Origin: an uncultured delta proteobacterium
Lineage (GTDB): Bacteria > Desulfobacterota > Desulfobacteria > Desulfobacterales > Desulfatirhabdiaceae
DNA length: 64,000 nt
Direction of reading: 5' to 3'
Assembly (NCBI GenBank): GCA_963789395.1
Contig: CAWBKP010000022.1
Location: 288,001 to 352,000 of the forward strand
Shown here piece by piece: positions 60,519 through 64,000 of the stretch (position 1 is the stretch's first letter; every line of letters starts with the position of its first letter). A model generated the notes under the pieces. The model was given only the letters and a program-made list of their open reading frames with translations. It made no database searches and had not been told where the DNA came from. Position numbers and translations under genes: made by a program.

Positions 60519-61266
60519 ATGCTGAAACTATCCAATCTCAACGTGGTGTTTGGAACCGGTGGTGCCCGAAACCACGCAGTCAAAGATGTTTCCCTTGAAA
60601 TTGAAAAAGGGAAAAGCTTCGGGCTTATCGGTGAATCCGGGTGCGGAAAATCAACTGTCCTGAACTGCATCACCGGGCTTCTGGGATCCTGGACCGGCGA
60701 GATGCGGATCGATGGCAGGTCGCAGCAGATCAGGCGGGAGTTGTCTTTTTACAGAAAACTTCAGATGGTATTCCAGGATCCGTATCGGATCGCTGCATCC
60801 CAGGCATACCATCGACCGGACATTAACGGAGCCGGTGGCCATTCACGGACTGGGCGATGCCGGCCAGCGCGTTGAAAAAGTTCTGGATGAGGTGGGCCTG
60901 GACAACCGTTTCCGGTTCAGATATCCCCACCAGCTCTCCGGGGGCCAGCGGCAACGGGTCGCCATTGCCAGGGCCCTTATACTTGAACCTGAAATCCTCC
61001 TGCTGGATGAACCCACATCGGCCCTGGATGTTTCCATTCAGGCTGAAATTCTGAATCTGCTCAAGAATATCCAGAAAAAACGGACCCTGACCTATCTTCT
61101 GGTGAGCCACAATCTGGCGGTGGTTTCCCATATGTGCAGCGAAATTGCGGTCATGAATCAGGGCGCCATTGTTGAATATCTTACCCGGAAACAGCTCAGG
61201 GAAGGGGATATCCGGCACCCTTACACCCAGGAACTGATGGCGGCAAGCCGGGGATTCAGCCGGTGA
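60519..61266 (+). pseudogene. Peptide ABC transporter ATP-binding protein (DppF-like), one frameshift near 60787
   Basis: GESGCGKST...FQDPY in ORF 60519-60875 continues as GSLHP...[12 protein letters not shown]...DEPTSALD in ORF 60712-61266; CCGTATCGGATCG has one base too many. Confidence 0.88.
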
Positions 61267-61780
61267 TAGTTGCCGGTGGAACAATCAGCACGGGAATCTT
61301 GGTTTGATTCAGAATGCCTTTTATAACGCCACCGACCGCTGTTTTGCTCAATAAGCCTTTATGCGAACCCATCACGATGAGATCGCAATTGTTTTCTGCA
61401 GCCACGGCAAGGATCACATCGATGACATTGCCCTCCTTTACCAGGATGTCATTATTTTCAAAGGTAATTTCGGCAGCCGTGTTGTTCGTGAAAACGGAAT
61501 AGCTTGCCAGTGCGTTTCGAATGACATCAAAGGACTTTCTCTTGCCGATGATCGCATCTCTTGCCGAAAGCTTATGTTCTTCCTGCATCTGCTGCCATCT
61601 TTCTTCGCCGAACAGATTCGCGACGTGCTTATTGACACTGCTGGTGGATCCTTCCATGACATGGAGCATGATGATGCCGGCTCGATGCAGGGTTGCCACA
61701 GCGGCCGCATAGGTGAATGCATGCTTGGAGTCCTGGCTGAGGTCAGTGGTAAAGAGAATTTTCTTGATGATGGGAATCAT
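61256..61780 (-). CDS. Universal stress protein
   Basis: IKKILFTTDLS, LHV, DLIVMGSHKG...VGGV, IPVLIVP. Confidence 0.92.
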   Translation of the reverse strand: MIPIIKKILFTTDLSQDSKHAFTYAAAVATLHRAGIIMLHVMEGSTSSVNKHVANLFGEERWQQMQEEHKLSARDAIIGKRKSFDVIRNALASYSVFTNNTAAEITFENNDILVKEGNVIDVILAVAAENNCDLIVMGSHKGLLSKTAVGGVIKGILNQTKIPVLIVPPATITG

Positions 61781-62191
61781 GGGGATACTCCTTTATCTGA
61801 TATCTGAAAGTTTATAAGTTGAGCTTCCAACTTTTAGGGCAACAGGCACAATTCGTAAATGAGGTTAACTTATTTTAAATCATATATGAATTAATTTGAA
61901 GAGCCCGATCTTTTGACAGGTAGTGAATTTTTGAAATAACACAACAATATCAAAAGGAAATGGCTCGAACGATTCATAGCAGTATCGATCCCCAAACACA
62001 AGCAGACATTTGCTTCCCAGGTAAAATCAACGTTATGTATCAACCGATTCAACGGTGCTTCTACGGTTACAGCGGGCGTCGGATGGATCTGATGATGGCT
62101 GTCTGCCGGAATTTAAAGAAGTGTTGCGGTCGCGCCAGCATCCAGGCCGGCACGATCGTAACCCCGAAAGCAGGCTTAAGTTCCATTCAGG

Positions 62192-63484
62192 TTATGCCGG
62201 TCCCAGAAGCAGGTTGGGGACGACTGTGGACAACCACGGGACAAAGGCCAGGATGAACAGGGCCACGATGTAGATGATCAAAGAAGGGTAAATGGCTCTG
62301 ACAATCGTGACGAATTCAAGCCGGGTGATGGCCTGGGCCGTGTAAAGAAGGAGCCCCAGCGGCGGCGTGATGTACCCGATGCCGAGTCCCACGGTGAAAA
62401 GAAGGCAGTAGTGGATGGGGTCGATGCCCAGATGATGGGCGATGGGCATCATGATGGGAACCAGAATCATGATGGCTCCGATCTGGTCCATGAAGGTTCC
62501 GATGATCAGCAGCACCACGCAGGTAAAGACCAGAAACACCCAGGCATTGGGAATATAGGCCATGGAGAGCTCCAGAATCTTCTGAGGAATCTCCCGGAGA
62601 ATGATATACTCGGAAATGACGCCAGCGCCGGAAACGGTGATGACCAGGGCCCCGCTGACGATGCCCGATGAAATCAACAGCTCTTTAAGATCCTTCAGGC
62701 TCACCGCCCGATAGATGAGCATCTCCACAATCAGGATCAGAACACAGGAGACCACCGATGCCTCGGTGATGGTAAACGCTCCCGAATAGATACCGCCGAA
62801 AAGTACAGCGATGATAACCACCGCAAAAAATGCATTTTTGCCTGCGGTGAGAAGCCCTTTGAGATCAAATCGCTCAAGGGCCTCCTTGCCCAGGCCTTTG
62901 CGGCGGGATTCCCAGTAAGCGTAAAGAGAAAGCATGACCATGATGATCATGCCCGGCAGATATCCGGCGGCGAAAAGCCGCACCACGGATTCGCCGGCCG
63001 TAAGGGCACAGACGATCATGATGATGCTGGGGGGAATGATAATTCCCAGGATGGACGCCGCAGTGACGAGCCCCACCGAGAAGTCCTTGGGATATCGGTA
63101 CTTGTCCATATGGGGGAACATGACGCCGCCGATGGTGACTACGGTGGAGATGGCCGAACCGCTGATGGCGCCGAAAACCCCTGATGAAATGACGGCTGTA
63201 ATGCCCAATCCGCCGGGCAGCCAGGAGACGAATTTCCAGGCAAACTGCACCAGTCGCGTGGCGGACTGCCCCCGTACCATGACCGCACCCATCAGAATGA
63301 AAAAGGGAATGCTGAGCAGCGAGAAATTGTCCAGCTTTTGCAGCATGGTCTGCGCCACGAAGGTCATATCCATGCTGGTAAAAATCAACAGCCCCAGCAC
63401 CCCGGTCAGATAGAGGCAGATATAAATGGGGATACGGAGCAGCAGCAACCCGAACAGGATAAGCAGGATAATGATGGATTCCAT
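62192..63484 (-). CDS. dctM: TRAP transporter large permease
   Basis: LLSIPFFILMG, FGAISGSA, LGIIIPPSI, LFAAGYLPG, GIDPIH, ITPPLG. Confidence 0.94.
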   Translation of the reverse strand: MESIIILLILFGLLLLRIPIYICLYLTGVLGLLIFTSMDMTFVAQTMLQKLDNFSLLSIPFFILMGAVMVRGQSATRLVQFAWKFVSWLPGGLGITAVISSGVFGAISGSAISTVVTIGGVMFPHMDKYRYPKDFSVGLVTAASILGIIIPPSIIMIVCALTAGESVVRLFAAGYLPGMIIMVMLSLYAYWESRRKGLGKEALERFDLKGLLTAGKNAFFAVVIIAVLFGGIYSGAFTITEASVVSCVLILIVEMLIYRAVSLKDLKELLISSGIVSGALVITVSGAGVISEYIILREIPQKILELSMAYIPNAWVFLVFTCVVLLIIGTFMDQIGAIMILVPIMMPIAHHLGIDPIHYCLLFTVGLGIGYITPPLGLLLYTAQAITRLEFVTIVRAIYPSLIIYIVALFILAFVPWLSTVVPNLLLGPA

Positions 63485-63487
63485 GAC

Positions 63488-63970
63488 CTATTGACCTTTC
63501 AGACGGGATTCAAGTATCAGTTGGCGAAGACCTTCCACAGAGCGGATCCCCATGATGAGCCCGAAAAAGGGGAGCATGGACGCGATAAGGTACGTTGGAA
63601 TGAGAAGAATCGGGGTGACGGTTGCCATATCCTTCTCGATCAATACGAATTTCCAGCCCAAATAGACAAATGAGACGCACACCCCCAGCCGGACGAGGTG
63701 CAGCAGAACATCCAGATGGAACCGCCACTGGGGGAAGACTCCGTAAATGGCGTCCACCTTTAGTTCCATGTTGTTTTTGACCGAGGCGCTGGCCCCCAGA
63801 AAGGTCATGAACATAAACAGATAGGTGGTCAGCGTATCCGGCCACGTCAACGGCCGCTGAAACACATAGCGGGTGGTGATGCTGATGGTCAGCGCAATAA
63901 GGCTGATGGAGAAGCTGATCAGAATGCCCCAACGTTCCAGGTAATCCACAATGGTGATAATCGTTTTCAT
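63488..63970 (-). CDS. dctQ: TRAP transporter small permease
   Basis: Four TMs, TRYVFQRPLTWPD, FLGAS; directly upstream of dctM. Confidence 0.9.
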   Translation of the reverse strand: MKTIITIVDYLERWGILISFSISLIALTISITTRYVFQRPLTWPDTLTTYLFMFMTFLGASASVKNNMELKVDAIYGVFPQWRFHLDVLLHLVRLGVCVSFVYLGWKFVLIEKDMATVTPILLIPTYLIASMLPFFGLIMGIRSVEGLRQLILESRLKGQ

Positions 63971-64000
63971 GACAGGCTCCCGGCGCCGTCCGCGGAACGC

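Noticed and set aside
61960..62273. Short plus-strand ORFs between the USP and dctM
   Set aside because: They overlap the dctM end antisense and have no motifs

Overview
This 64 kb window looks chromosomal. Gene content and style suggest an anaerobic deltaproteobacterium (Desulfobacterales-like; inferred, not verified). The first ~19 kb is housekeeping and nutrient genes: PMM/PGM C-terminus, PpiC foldase, cold-shock protein, FadR-putA, tupBC, glnK-amtB with a sigma54-like promoter, a CPA1 antiporter, a ferredoxin-nitroreductase, YitT, a stand-alone GAF-GAF protein, an acyl-CoA dehydrogenase-rubredoxin fusion and an SLC12/CCC-like transporter. From ~19.7 to 54.6 kb lies an alpha-glucan/trehalose cluster (glgM, treY, treT, malQ, GH57, treZ, glgB, treS-mak, glgE, mscS, glgA, GalT-like). 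It is interrupted by a five-gene circularly permuted ATP-grasp / alpha-E / transglutaminase operon lacking an Anbu protease. It is also interrupted by a RAYT-type HUH transposase gene bounded by ~27 bp terminal inverted repeats, with an orphan copy of the left end 11 kb upstream. The right end holds a PAS-PP2C phosphatase, a Dpp-type ABC transporter, a USP and TRAP dctQM. treZ, glgB, treS-mak, glgE and dppF carry many frameshifts that look more like sequencing errors than true decay. I recognised no rRNA, tRNA or CRISPR array. All calls come from reading the sequence and motifs; no database search was run.
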